Shown here: positions 47,801 through 64,000 of the stretch, one piece after another | Layout of the letters: each line of letters starts with the position of its first letter | Position numbering within the stretch: position 1 is the stretch's first letter | NCBI GenBank assembly: GCA_043228905.1 | Contig: JBHGNT010000002.1 | Coordinates: 16,988,001-17,052,000, forward strand | Direction: 5' to 3' | Origin: Azolla caroliniana | Taxonomy: Eukaryota > Plantae > Polypodiophyta | DNA: 64,000 nt | Translations under genes and position numbers: made by a program | Notes under the pieces: model-generated | The model's database searches: none | What the model was told of the DNA's origin: nothing | What the model saw: the letters and a program-made list of their open reading frames with translations, nothing else

Positions 47801-49409
47801 GATAATTACGATAAAAAGAAAGAGAAATCATTTGGATTGCCATGCATTGCCATATTGCATGTGGGCTTTATCGTCACTAGAGAGGCATTGTGATGGAGCT
47901 TGCTTTTAGAAAATGCCACATTTGTGAAAACCACAATCATTGCATATCTCAAACCCCAACCAATGTTTTACTTTGTTTGAGCTTTTATGTGAACCACGTT
48001 TTAATGGGATCCATTTGTGGTTGGCATTTAAAGATATCATGCGCATCTAATTGATTAAGTGGATGCCCTACTTCATTAAGTTGCAATGTGCTAGAGCATC
48101 CTGCAAAAGAAGTTTGAATCATCCTTTTGCAAAACCCGAATCCTAGCTAGAAAGTGCAAATTTTTATCAAAAACTATTAGGTAATGTTCATACTTTCCAG
48201 TAAATTTCTTGCATACCATAGTTGATAGTTTCCTTATAGAAGATATCAACATATTCTTGCATGTCATAGATTTATAAACTTCAATTTGTAACAACAATTA
48301 TCATAGTTCCATTATCAACAATTGTAAGTAGAATTTAAAATTCATGAAAATTATTACTTTGACAATTTAGAAGGCATCTGTAAATTCTCATTTCCACTTT
48401 ATGAACTTATACTAGGCTACACAATCATCCATCATTTAGAATATGTTTAGTTTGGAGAACAAGTTTATAATTTCAAACATGATCATGTCCATTTCAATCT
48501 TAATCAACTACACGTGATTGATCAATTACAGCACCAGTTACATAATGGAATTAACGCATAATAATTCGGTTCAAGCAATCAATCGGCCAACTTCGATTAA
48601 TTGATGTAATGAAATATGGCAATCATCCTAGAAATCATAGGTAGGGAATTGATATTCCCATCTTCACCCCATTTCAAAACATGCCATGGTTCAAAACTCA
48701 CAAGTTAAAAATTTATCTTTTATTATTCCGAAAACTGATACAACTTTTCCACAGGTAATTTCATTATTCATATTTTCATCATACATGATAAATTACTAAA
48801 TAGCCTCTTTTTGTATTAATTAACATACAATAGTCCAAACAAATCCAAATAATAAGTAGCACTTTGACCTCCATTAGCTTTCAAATTCAAGCATAAAATC
48901 ACCAAACCTGAAAAAACAAAACATTATTAATATATAAACGTTCTATCATCTATTTCTTCCAGTAGGCTTTGTGTCCAGAATAACGTCCAATTTGAGCTAA
49001 ATAAACATTCCCTTAGTGTCAAAAGACGTTCATTTGAGAAAAACTTTATGAAGATAATAAAAATTTCTTCAAATTTTGGTGTTTCCTTTTATTATGCCAA
49101 GTGTTCTCTCAATCCTAGTTTCTCTGACCTCACCCAAAACTACCTGGAAAATTTACAAATCTCATGTATCCTCTCTCACTCACTACATTCTCAGCCTGTG
49201 ACAAAATTTATGGCATCAAGTCACCAAGAAATAAATAATCAATAACGATAATACTCACACACCAGAAATACCAAGATATATCTACCTATATACACAGCCT
49301 TAGATCTCAACAGATCTATATGGCTGGTACTCAACATGCAAAACTGGCTGGCACATGGGAAGGCTTATGCTATTAACTATTAAGGGCAGAATCTCTATCA
49401 TCAGCAATA

Positions 49410-63470
<14,061 letters not shown>

Positions 63471-63939
63471 TTAGTTCTGGTTAAGGGGCAATGATTTCCA
63501 AGGAACAAAATCTTTAGACACTGCAACAGATAGAAAAGAGCAAAAGCTTAAAAACAATGATATAAGGCTTCTTTACTATCCTTAAAATCCTCTTTTGACT
63601 TCAACCTATAATCGAATTCAGATTTCTCCTACAGGATAAGTCCATCTAGAATCGCAAATTATAAACAGTCCTGAACTACAAGATCTTTACAGGCTACAGC
63701 CTCAGTGTAGTGTTCAGACAATAACCATCCAAACTATGCATGGACAGCCAGACCTCATAGCCTTGGTAATTGGCTCCCAATTGTTGGTTACAGGTGTGCA
63801 TATAGGGCTATAGCATAAATACCACCTGAGAAATAAAGTTCATGTGGAATCACATATCCCAAAGGAAGTCTACACAGTGACATTTTTAGTAATGCCCGGC
63901 TAGAATCTACTGTGACTGAAGGTGCACCTTTTTCCCAGT

Positions 63940-64000
63940 AAAGAAAAAAAGAAAAAAAAGTTATAGTGACGTCTTTTAAGAGGCCAGAATGGCCTATAAG
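63940..64000 (-). mobile_element. LINE family 3' end upstream of the kinase gene
   Basis: GACGTCTTTTAAGAGGCCAGAATGGCCTATAAG preceded by an A-rich tail. Confidence 0.7.

Overview
Eukaryotic plant genomic DNA, probably from a non-seed land plant such as a fern or lycophyte (inferred from the TE lineages only). The left half (about 3.6-33 kb) is a stack of nested LTR retrotransposons. A decayed Ty1/copia (3633-11424, TSD GTTTT) carries a hAT-like insert and a solo LTR. A decayed chromovirus A (11527-32243) contains a young non-chromovirus Ty3/gypsy B (13216-28662, apparently identical LTRs, TSD CCACA, about 870-aa extra ORF). An intact chromovirus C (14082-19755, minus strand, apparently identical LTRs, TSD CAACC) has inserted into B. 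The right half holds two intron-rich minus-strand host genes: a PP2C phosphatase with a probable plastid transit peptide (35655-47284, 13 coding exons, one GC-AG intron) and a PB1-domain B4 Raf-like kinase (49410-63470, 9 coding exons). Their introns are filled with fragments of one RTE-X/L2-like LINE family and a truncated copia. The most notable signals are the extra ORF and missing PPT of element B, a -1 frameshift cassette (slippery site plus hairpin/pseudoknot with an invariant loop) shared by A and C, and Tf1-type self-priming in C. All coordinates and comparisons were made by eye.
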